A stretch of 64,000 nucleotides of DNA from NCBI RefSeq assembly GCF_963921235.1, contig NC_086108.1:2232001-2296000 (forward strand), in the 5' to 3' direction. The DNA is from Mobula hypostoma. Taxonomy: Eukaryota. Shown in pieces: positions 14,101 through 26,100 of this stretch. The number at the start of each line of letters is the position of its first letter. Position 1 is the stretch's first letter. Below the pieces are notes generated by a model. The model did not search any database, had not been told where the DNA came from, and saw only the letters and a list, made by a program, of their open reading frames with translations. A program made the position numbers and the translations under genes.

Positions 14101-17100
14101 GATTAGTGATAACATCTCCTCCTCGCTGACGATCAACACTGGCGCACCTCAGGGGTGTGTGCTTAACCCACTGCTCTACTCTCTGTATACACATGACTGT
14201 GTGGCTAGGCATAGCTCAAACACCATCCACAAATTTGTTGAGGATATAACCATTGTTGGTAGAATCTCAGGTGGTGACGAGAGGGCATACAGGAGGGAGA
14301 TATGCCAACTAGTGGAATGGTGCCACAGCAACAACCTGGCACTCAACGTCAGTAAGACAAAAGAGCTGATTGTGGACTTCAGGAAGGGTAAGACGAAGGA
14401 ACACATACCAATCCTCGTAGAGGGATCGGAAGTGAAGAGAGTGAGTAGTTTCAAGTTCCTGGGTGTCAAGATCTCTGAGGATCTAACCTGGTCTCAACAT
14501 ATTGATGTAGTCATAAAGAAGGCAAGACAGTGGCTATACTTCATTAGGAGTTTGAAGAGATTTGGCATGTCAACAAATACACTCAAAATCTTCTATAGTT
14601 GTACTGTGGAGAGCATTCTGACAGGCTGCATCACTGTCTGTTATGGAGGGGCTACTGCACAGGACAGAAAGAAGCTGCAGAAGGTCGTAAATCTAGTCGG
14701 CTCCATCTTGGGTACTAGCCTACAAAGTACCCAGGACATCTTCAAGGAGCAGTGTCTCAGAAAGGCAGCGTCCATTATTAAGGACCCCCAGCACCCAGGG
14801 CATGCCCTTTTCTCACTATTACCATCAGGGAGGAGGTACAGGAGCCTGAAGACACACACTCAGCGATTCAGGAACAGCTTCTTCCCCTCTGCCATCCGAT
14901 TTCTGAATGGACATTGAACCCTTGGACACTACCTCACTTTTTTTAATATATAGTATTTCTCTTTTTTGCACTACTTTTAATCAGTTCAATATACGTCAAC
15001 TTTGATTGATTTACTTGTTTATTTATTATTATTATTATTTTATTTTGTTTTTTTTTTCTTCTACATTATGTATTGAATTAAACTGCTGCCGATAAGTTAA
15101 CAAATTTCACGTCACATGCTGGTGATAATGAACTTGATTCTAATTCTCCCTGGTCCCTGAGACAGGGGGATTCCTGATGCTTGAAACATGAAACAGCTGC
15201 TGGTCACTGTCCAATTCCTGGTTATGCAACCACTGACGCCAGGCAGCCAGCCTCTGAGGAGTATTGATAATGTCTGGGGTCACCCGTCTCGTAAATTACG
15301 ACACTGCCCAGAAGAAGGCAATGGCAAACCACTTCTGTAGAAAAATTTGCCAAGAGCAATCACAGTCATGGAACGACTATAATCGCCCAAGTCATAGACA
15401 CAGCACATAACAAGTAAACAAACGATGGTGAGGTGGCCTTCATTAGACAGGAGAATGAGTTCAAGAATCGTACGGTAATGTTGCAGCTGTGTAAAACCCT
15501 GGTTCGACCACACCCAGAATATTTTGTTCAATTTCAATCACCTCATTATGGGAAGGATGTGAAAGCTTTGAGGGGAGGTGTAGTGCAGAAGGCTGCCTGG
15601 ATTTTCCAAGAACAATCAAGGTCATGCAAACGCCATGATCGCCTCCTTCATATGACACAGCACATAACAATGATGTCAGAGCACATGGCACATAATGACG
15701 ATGATGGTGAATCCATACCCATTCTTGCAAAAATCCTACATCTCCAGAAACTAACAGAAAGGACAGAGGGAAGTGTGTCCTGGAAAGAAGCTGTGTTGAA
15801 ACACAGGGTACCTCCACAGTGGCTTTGTACGTCAGGTCCGGTTTCTTTCTCAGCTTCTTCTCTAAGTAGCTGCTGGCCTCGATCTGCTTAACCCCTGCAG
15901 TAGTGGCCTTGAAGCCGCAGTAATAACCAGCGGGGTCACATTTGTATAGTTGCGGTCCGCGTTCGTCGTCGATGGCCAGAAGCATCATACCTGCAAAGCA
16001 ACAGCGAGAGAGGAGGCGGTAAGTGCTTCCCTGGAGCAATATGATAGACTCCTGACCTCACAATCCACCTCCTTACGATCTTGCTCTTTATTGTTTACGT
16101 GCACTGCACTCTCTCTGGAGTTGCTACACTTCATTCTGCATTGGTGTTGTTTCACTTTGTTCTACCTCACTGCACTGTGTACTGATCTGATCTGTATGAA
16201 CAGTATGCAAGACAAACTTTTCACTGTGTCTCCGTACATGTCCTCCAAGAGGACCACAAGCCTTATCTTAAGGTTTGGAGGTTTGTGTGCCTCAATGACC
16301 CGGAGAGCTGTGTTGGCTGAAGTCAGGGCTTTATGCTTTGGTTCCTGGTAGGGTTACCTGTGTCAAAAAGGTAGGGGCCAGACTAAGAGTGGTCCACCGG
16401 TCCTCCAGGTTCAGGGGTTTAACTCAGGGCTAACAACCCTGGGTCAAACAAAACTGTTACTGAAACAGCAATGAAGAATCCTCCTACATCTGAGGATGTC
16501 CAAGGACAGAGAGAGATGGAGGTCCTTAGCGTAGGGACGTAACTAACAATAATGAGCCAATTCCAAAGCAAGTTTCAACATTGGTTGATGATTTATAAGC
16601 AAGGTTTGTTTACTGGCGAACTGCACAGATGGGACTAGCAGAACTTAAGTATGCACATGACTCATACGAAATAGAATGCTTGCTGGAAATACTCAGCTCA
16701 AGATGCAGCTATAAAGATGGCCAGATGATGGTTTTTAATTTGGAGTTTGAGGAGATTTGATGTGTCACCTGAAACACTTGAAAATTTCTGTGGGTGTACT
16801 GTGGAGAGTGTTCTGACTGGCTGCATCACTGTCTGGTGTCTGGTATGGGGGGTGAGGTGCTACTACACAGGTTCAGTGGATGTCGTGTATATGGATTTCA
16901 GCAAGGCATTTGATAAGGTTCTCCATGCAAGGCTTATTGAGAAAGTAAGGAGGCATGGGATCCAAGGGGACATTGCTTTGTGGATCCAGAACTGGCTTGC
17001 CCACAGAAGGCAAAGAGTGGTTGTAGACAGGACATATTCTTCATGGAGGTTGGTGACCAGTGGTGTGCCTCAGGGATCTGTTCTAGGACGCCTACTCTTT

Positions 17101-20100
17101 GTGATTTTTATGAACAAACCTGGATGAAGAAATGGAAGGGTGGGTTAGTAAATTTGCTGATGACACAAAGGTCGGGAGTGTTGTGGATAGTCTGAAGGGC
17201 TGTCAGAGGTTACAGCGGGACATCGATAGGATGCAGAACTGGGCTGAGAAGTGGCAGATGGAGTTCAGCCCGGATAAGTGTGAAGTGAGACACACAAAAT
17301 GCTGGTGGAACGCAGCAGGCCAGGCAGCATCTACAGGAAGAAGTACAGTCAACGTTTCGGGTCGAGACCCTTCGTCAAGTGTGAAGTGTGAGATGGTTCA
17401 TTTTGGTAGGTCAAATTTGAAGACAGAATATAGCATTAATGGTAAGCTTCTTGGTAGTGTGGAGGATCAGAGGGATCTTGGGGTCCGTGTCCATAGAATA
17501 TTCAAAGCTGCTGTGCAGGTTGTCAGTGTTGTTAAGAAGGCATATAGTGTGTTGGCCTTCATCAACTGTGGGATATGGAGCTTAGAAAAATAGAGGGCTC
17601 TGCACTAGGGAAATTTTAGGCATTTTCTAGAGTAGGTTACGTGGTCAGCACAACATAGTTGGCCGAAGGGCCTGTAATGTGCTGTAGATTTCTATGTTCT
17701 ATGTCCTAAGCTGCAGAGAGTTATAAAATCAGTCAGCTCCATCACAGGTACTTGTCTCTGTAGTATCCAGGACATCCTCAAGGAGCGATGCCTCAGAAAG
17801 GCACCATTTGTTATTAAGGACCCCACCACCAAGGACATGCCCTCTTCTCATTGTTACCATCAGGGAGGAGGTACAGAAGCCTGAAGACAGTCACTCAATG
17901 ATTCAGGAACAGCTTCTTCCCCTCTGCCATCAGATTTCTGACTGGACATTGAACCCATCAACACTACCTCACTACTTTTTTATTTTTATTTTGCACTACA
18001 TATTTAATTTAAATATTTAATATACATATACAGTGCCTATAAAAATATTCACCTCCCCCTCTTGGAAGTTTTCATGTTATATTATTTTACAACATTGAAT
18101 CACAGTGGATTAATGTGGCTTTCTTTGACACACTGATCAACAGAAAAAAGACTCTTTGATGTCAAAGTGAAAACAGATCTCTACAAAGTGATCTGAATCA
18201 ATTGCAAATACAAAGCACAAAATAATTGATTGCATAAGTATTCACACCCTTTAATATGACACACCAAACCATCACTGGTGCAGCCAATTGGTTTTAGAAT
18301 TGCGTAGGGTGCCCTAGCTACCCTGGACCCCCATCAATTTGCCTATCGCCCCAACAAGTCTACAGAGGATGCCATCTCCACAGCACTTCACTCTGCCCTG
18401 ACCCACCTGGACAGCCCCAACTCTTACATTAGAATGCTGTTCATTGACTTTAGTTCCGCATTCAATACTGTGATCCCCTCCAAGCTTATGGCCAAACTTC
18501 GCCAGCTTGGTATCAGCTCATCCCTCTGCAATTGGACCCTGGACTTTCTGACTAACAGACCCCAATCAGTTAAGTTAGACAACCTCTCCTCCTCCACTCT
18601 CACCCTGAACACTGGCGTGCCTCAAGGCTGTGTGCTGAGCCCTCTTCTGTACTCCCTTTTCACCCGTGACTGTGCTCCTGTACATGGATCTAACTCCATA
18701 ATCAAGTTCGCAGACGACACCCATGGTGGTTGGCCTGATCAGAGGGAATGATGAGACGACTACAGGGTCGAGGTCCAGCACCTGGCTGCGTGATGTGCTG
18801 ACAACAACCTGGCCCTTAACACCCAGAAGACCAAGGAGATTATTGTGGACTTCAAGCATGCTAGGAGCCACACTCATGTCCCCATCTACATCAATGGAGC
18901 TGTAGTGGAGTGTGTATCAAGCTTCAAATTCCTTGGTGTCCACATTTCCGAGGATCTCACCTGGTCCCTGAACTCTTCCATCCTGATCAAAAAGGCACAA
19001 CAGCGTCTTTATTTCCTGCAGAGCATCAAGAAAGCTCACCTCCGTCCCAGGATACTGACGGACTTTTACCGCTGTACCATTGAGAGCATACTCACCAACT
19101 GCATCTCAGTGTGGTATGGCAATTGTCCCATATTGGACCACAAAGCACTCCAGCGTGTGGTGAAAACTGCCCAGCGGATTATCGGCACCAAATTGCCCAC
19201 CATTGCGAACATCTACCATAAATGCCACCTGGGCAGGCGAAAAGCATTATCAAGGATGCACCTCACCCTAACCATGGACTTTCTACTCTCCTCCCACCCA
19301 GTAGGCACAGGAAGAGCTTCTTCCCTGAGGCTGTGACCCTGCTGAACCTCACATCACAGCGCTAAGCAGTATTGCACCCATATTGTACTGTCTCAGTACT
19401 TTTATATTTGTGTGCTGTAGCACTTACTTTTTATTCAAAGTTATTTTGTAAATAACACTATTCTTTTGCACTTCTGGTCAGATGCTAATTGCATTTCATT
19501 GGCTTTGTATCTGCACTCAACACAATGACAATAAAATTCAATCTAAGCTAATCTATATATAAACCTATGTGCAGTTAAGGTGTTTCAATTGATTGTAGTA
19601 AAAATACACCTGTATCTGGAAGGTCCAACTGCTGGTGAGTCAGTATCCTGGCAAAAACTACACCATGAAGACAAAAGAACACTCCAAGCAACTCCATGAA
19701 AAGGTTATTGGAAAGCACAAGTCAGGAGATAGATACAAGAAAATTTCCAAGTCACTGAATACCCTTGGAGTACAGTTAAGTCAATCATCAAGAAATGAAA
19801 AGAATTTGGCACAACTGTAAATCTGCCAGAGCAGGCCGTCCTCAAAAACTGAGTGACTGTGCAAGAAGGGGACTAGTGAGGGAGAGCCATGACAGCTCTG
19901 GAGGAGTTACAAGCTTCAGTGGCTGAGATGGGAGAGACTGCACATACAACAACTGTTGTCTGGGTGCTTCACCAGTCACAGCTTTATGGGACAGTGGCAA
20001 AGAGAAAGCCATTGTTGAAAAAATTCACATGAAATGTCAGCTAGAGTTTGCCAGAAGGTACATGGGAGATTCTGAAATCAGCTGGAACAAGGTTCTATGG

Positions 20101-23100
20101 TCTGATGAAACCCAACAGCATGACTGGCCGCAATGCTTCACTACCAGATGGACTCAACGCCTTCTATGCCCACTTTGAAAGGGAGAACACAACTACAGGT
20201 GTGAAGATCCCTGCTGCACCTGATGACCCTGTGATCTCAGTCTCAGAGGCCGATATTAGACTGTGAACTCTCGCAAGGCAGAAGGTCCCAATGGGGTACC
20301 TGGTAAGGCTCTGAAAACCTGTGCTAACCAACTAACAGGAGTATTCAAGGGCATTTTCAACCTCTCACTGCTATGGGTGGAAGTTCTCACTTGCTTCAAA
20401 AAGGCAACAATTATACCAGTGCCTAAGAAGAATAATATGAGTTGCCTTAATGACTATCACCCAGTAGCACTGACATCGACAGTGATGAAATGCTTTGAGA
20501 AGTTGGTCATGACTAGACTGAACTCCTGCCTCAGCAAGGACCTGGACCCACTGCAATTTGCCTATTGTCACAATAGGTCAACGGCAGACACAATCTCAAT
20601 GGCTCTCCACACAGATTTAGACCACCTGGACAACACAAACACCTACGTCAGGATGCTGTTCATTGACTATAGCTCAGCATTTAATACCATCATTTCCACA
20701 ATCCTAATTGAGAAGTTGCAGAACCTGGGCCTCTGTACCTCCCTCTGCAATTGGATTCTTGACTTCCTAACTGGAAGACCACAGTCTGTGTGGATTGGTG
20801 ATAACATCTCCTCCTCGCTGACGATCAACACTGGCGCACCTCAGGGGTGTGTGCTTAGCCCACTGCTCTACTCTCTCTATACCCATGACTGTGTGGCTAG
20901 GCATAGCTCAAACACTATCTACAAATATGCAGATTATAAAACCATTGTTGGTAGAATCTCAGGTGGTGATGAGAGGGTGTACGAGAGTGAGATATGCCAA
21001 CTAGTGGAGTGGTGTCACAGCAACAACCTGGCACTCAACGTCAGTAAGACGAAAGAGCTGATTGTGGACTTCAGGAAGGGTAAGATGAAGGAACACATAC
21101 CAATCCTCATAGAGGGATCAGAAGTGGAGAGAGTGAGCAGTTTCAAGTTCCTGGGTGTCAAGATCTCTGAGGATCTAACCTGGTCCCAACATATCGATGT
21201 AGTCATAAAGAAGGCAAGACAGCGGCTGTACTTTATTAGGAGTTTGAAGAGATTTGGCATGTCAACAAATACCCTCAAAAACTTCTATAATTGTACCGTG
21301 GAGAGCATTCTGACAGGCTGCATCATGTCTGGTATGGAGGGGCTACTGCACAGGACAGAAAGAAGCTGCAGATGGTTGTAAAACTAGTCAGCTCCATCTT
21401 GGGTACTGGCCAACAAAGTACCCAGGACATCACTAGGGAGCGGTGTCTCAGAAAGGCAGCGTCCATTATTAAGGACCTCCAGCACCCTGGGCTGCCCTTT
21501 TCTCACTGTTACCATCAGGTAGGAGGTACAGAAGCCTGAAATCACACACTCAGTGATTCAGAAACAGCTTCTTCCCCTCTGCCATCCAATTCCTAAATGG
21601 ACATTGAATCTTTGGACAGTACCTCACTTTTTTAATATACAGTATTTCTTTTTTTTGCACATTTTTGTTTTAATCTATTCAATATACATAATTGTTTTAC
21701 TTGTTTATTTATTATTATTTTATTTTATTTATTATTATTTTTTTCTCTCTGCTAGATTTTGTATTGCTGCTGCTAAGTTAACAAATTTCACGTCACATGG
21801 CGGTGATAATAAACTGATTCTGATTCTGAAAATTTGAGCTTTTTGGCCATCAGACTAAATGCTATGTTTGGTGTAGCCAGACACCACACATCATCAAAAA
21901 CACACCATCCCTACCGTGAAGCATGGTGGGGGCTGCATCATGCTGTGGGGATGCTTCACTGCTGCAGGCCCTGGAAGGCTTGTGACGGTAGAGGGTAAAA
22001 TGAATACAGCAGATCCTGCAGGAAAACCTGATGCAGTCTGCAAGAGAACTGCATTGTGGGAGAAGGTTTGTTTTCCAGCAAGACAATGACCTCAAGCAAA
22101 AACCAAAGCTACACAGGAATGGCTTAAAAACAAAAAGTTAATGTCATGGAGTGGCCAAGTCAGGTCCAGACCTCAATTTAATTAAAAGTTTGTGGCTGGA
22201 TTTCAAAAGGCCTGTTCACTCATGATCCCTAGGCAGACTGACAGAACTTGAGCAGTTTTGTAAAGAATGGGGAAAAATTGCAGTGTCCAGATGTGCGAAG
22301 CTGATAGAGACCTGACCACACAGACTCAAGGCTGTAATTGCTGCCAAAGGTGCATCTGCTAAATACTGACTTGAAGGGGGTGAACACTTATGCAGAACAT
22401 GATGGGCTGAACAGCCTATGTTGTATGATTTCCCTTTAACCTTGGAATATTTCTTGAAGCCTGCTGCTAAGGACTATTCTCACCATTCTATCAAAGAGCC
22501 TTTTGCTGGAGGGTCTCTGTGGCATCTGTCGGGGGAGAGGAACTGTCGATATTTTGGATTGAAACTCATTCACTAGGTTCAGAAACGTCAACAATTCCTT
22601 TCTCCCCCACAGACACTGCTCGGCCCTCTGAGACCTCCAGAAGATTGTGAGCTGCTCCAGATTCCACCATCTTGTGTCTCCGTTATCAAACAGCATTTCA
22701 AATCCTGACTGTTGACAGGGATTAAAGATAGGAATTATTTGTCACAGGTATATTGAAACATACAGTGAAATGTGATGTCAGCAGCAATGACCAACACAGT
22801 CTGAGGATGTGCTGGGAGCAGTCTGCTGGCACCAACACAGCACGCCCACAACCCACTAACCCCAAATCAAACATCTTTGGAACGTGGGAGGAGACCAGAA
22901 CACCCGGAGGAAACCCACGAGGTCACCAGGAGAACGTACGAACGCCTTACTGGCAGTTGCGGGAATTGAACCTGGGTTGTTGGCTTTGTTATAGTTTTAT
23001 GCTACAGTGCCCCCAGCCCCCCTCCCCCCTCAGCAAGCATTCTCAGATTAAAGTCGAAATGTACTCACAACAGCCTAAGGGTCTCATTTCGGCATTCTGA

Positions 23101-26100
23101 GTATAGACCTGTGAGATGTCGGCCATTCTCTTGCACAGCATGTCCACTGGGATATCATATCCATACTTATACTTACAGTTGGCAGCCTCGTGACGAGATC
23201 TCTGTACCTGTGACCGGCAGTCCGCTGGTTACGTTGGGAGGGTAGGGGGCATAGAAGTGTCAGAGAGAAAAGTGTGTTAAACACAGTTGCCATGGCTACG
23301 AAAGAACGGGCCCACAAGCAGGCGGCAAAAAGGACTAACCTAGCATGCCTGTCATGGTGCAGCCGATCTTGTCCGTTAGGCGGTGCATGTTGGTCACGGT
23401 GCTGGCATCAATAAGTTTATCCTGAAATACAACAAGCATTGGCAAGCTGACGTCCGATGTTGACAGTCTGAATCTCCAGCAGAAAGAGCTGGAGTCACTC
23501 ACTGGGTCAGAGTCCAAGATTAATTTATTCCCAAAGTAGTGCGAACACTTGAATCGAGTATGATGTGGGAGATCTGTGATCATGGACATGGCTAATAACT
23601 GTTTTTGAACCTGGTGGTGTGGGACCCGAGGCTCCTGTACCTCCTGCCCGCTGGTAGCAGTAGAGGATGGCATGGGCTGAATGGTGGGCCTCTGTGATGA
23701 TGATAACCAATGGAAGAAGTGACCTATTGTAAGATCTTGAGTAGAAGATATTGTGTAAGACTGTTACTGACATGGTAGGTGCATCTGCTTGTATTCAGGG
23801 AATGGCAAAGATAGACTGAGATAATCTAATGTGAGGAGAATCTTCTTGAATAGCTTCCTTGTTTTTTTCTGATTTGCCCAGAGCATGTCAGAAACCCAAC
23901 TAATTGATGCAGGGACTTGGCCCAAAACTGTTTATTCCTCTCTATAGATGCTGCCTGACCTGCTGAGTTCCTCCAGCATTTTGTATGTGTTGCTCCTGAT
24001 TTCCAGCATCTGCAGAATCTCTTGCGTAATTGATGCTGTAATTGTTTTGCCATTATGTAATCAAAATGATTTTCCTCCAGCTGAATGTGATATTAATAAC
24101 TCGTGCTGTTTTAAAGATGCGCTGAAAATGAACTAGGCACTCCCAAGTATGAATCATCACAGAGTCCCTGACAAACGCCCCTCTAAAGGGACAGAGGGTG
24201 CTGTCAAGTCCTGCACAATGGTCCTTTTGGACTGTCATGGGTGGAAGGTGGGGAGGGGGACAGTGGAATTTAGATCACAGGGTCCTGTTACTCAGCACCG
24301 GATAGTCCAGGGGCATCTTGGAGAGGAAACAAAAAACTACTCGGCAGGTCAGGCAGCGTCTGTACAAGGTAGAATGCCGTCAGCATTTCTGGTCAGTGGC
24401 CTTCCAGCAGAACAGGAAAAGTGAGACAACGCATTAGTTTTAATTTGCAGAAAGGGTGGGGGTAGGAAGGTTAGGACAAAGGGAATGGCTCTGATAGGGT
24501 GTGGACAGGGTTGCCATGACGACGTGTTGTCTATGAAGCCATCTGATTGGCAGATTAATGAGGACCACTGAGGGTATCCTGTGTTTTGCCCGTGGAGTAT
24601 TGGACCTCTTTGTGGCGAGGTGGCGCCAGTGACCAACGCCCAGCGCCAAAATCCTGTAGACAGCTCATGGAGCAGCTAGATATTCTTCTTTTAAATATAT
24701 TTCTTACCCTGAACTGAGACCAACTGCAGCCTGTAAATTCCATCTTGAGAATGTATTTTTGAGCCGACTAAACGATTTGGCGCTATTGCCAAATCTTCAG
24801 GGATTCGGCGAGGTTGAGAAAGGTTGTGCAGGGACAGTCATCAATTCCTGACAGCGGAATGCGAACCCGCGGTCGGCTCCAGTACTCCACTCCGATTAAA
24901 GCATCGAGCAAGATTAAAATCGAAGAGGACCCGAGTGGAAAACGAACGGGTGTTCAGCGCCGTTCTGCCTGCGTTTCACCGGTCTCCCTTTCCCTGTTGC
25001 CACTGGAAGGCGCAGGAGTCTTGGGTCGCACGCTGCAAAGTTCGATCGCCTCGGCGCCTCACGGCTGTGGACTCATTTTCAAGGGACTCTGCAGTCCGAT
25101 GACCAACGTCCTCAATGCTGGACGCGCTCCACGGCTGTAGGCTCACTCTGCTGTTCATGCTCCACGTGTTTTTCTTTACTCCTTTTTACGCCATCTTGCG
25201 CGATTTGATCACGGCGTCTCAGCGCGGAACTGGCTCTGCACACACGCTGTAGCCTGCAGCCGCTGACACAGTGCTGAACTCAGAGGCTGTGACTCTTGGA
25301 CCGTTTCAGGGACCGGGCAGGGTGATGATGTTTAATTGTCACTGTGTTATTTACTTGGTTTTTGCCAAGTGTTTAAATGGGTATGTGGTGTTTTCTTTAA
25401 TCGGGTCCCATGGTGTTTCTATGTTTCTTAGCTATCCATGGGAATATCAGGGTTGGATTCTATATACATAATTAAATAATAAGAGTAGTTTGAATCTTTG
25501 ACCTCTGTGGTAACGAGGCCAAAACGTTGTCCGTTTACTCTTCTCCGTAGATGCTGCCTGACCTGCTGAGTTCCTCCAGCATTTTGGGTGTGTTACTCTG
25601 GATTTCCAGCATCTATTGAATCTTCTTATTCTGGCTTCGTCACCCTTCCTGTACATCCTTGGGTTCCTCCAGCATTTTAGATCATACAGTATAGGAGCAG
25701 AATTAGACCATTTGGCCTAAAATCTATTCTACATTTCATCATGGCTGATCCATTTCTCTCTCAGCCCCATTCTCCTGCCTTCTCCCTGTATCCCTTCATG
25801 CCCTGACTAACCCCTGCCTTAAATATACCCAATGACTTGGCCTCCACAGACACCTGTGCAATAAATTCCACAGATTCACCACTCTCCGGCTAAAGAAATT
25901 CACCACACCTCCATCCTAAATGGACGTCCTTTTATTTTGAGGCTGTATCCTCTGGTCCTAGACTCCCCCACCACAGGAAATCTCCTCTCCACATCCACGT
26001 TAAGGCCTTTCAGCATTTGATAGGTTTCATTGAAGAACCCCCCCCACCCCCCAATTCTTCTGAACTCCAAGCAGTACAGACCCACAGCCATCAGACTTTC

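Larger units (their letters stand above)
18031..22394 (+). mobile_element. Decayed Tc1-like DNA transposon interrupted by two Rex1/Babar LINEs; right end incomplete
   Basis: TA|CAGTG start; internal TATTCAC repeats; transposase remnants [42 protein letters not shown]. Confidence 0.85.

Noticed and set aside
15461..16039. 192-aa ORF as a standalone gene
   Set aside because: Only 15812-15990 is an exon; the rest is intronic read-through into repeat sequence
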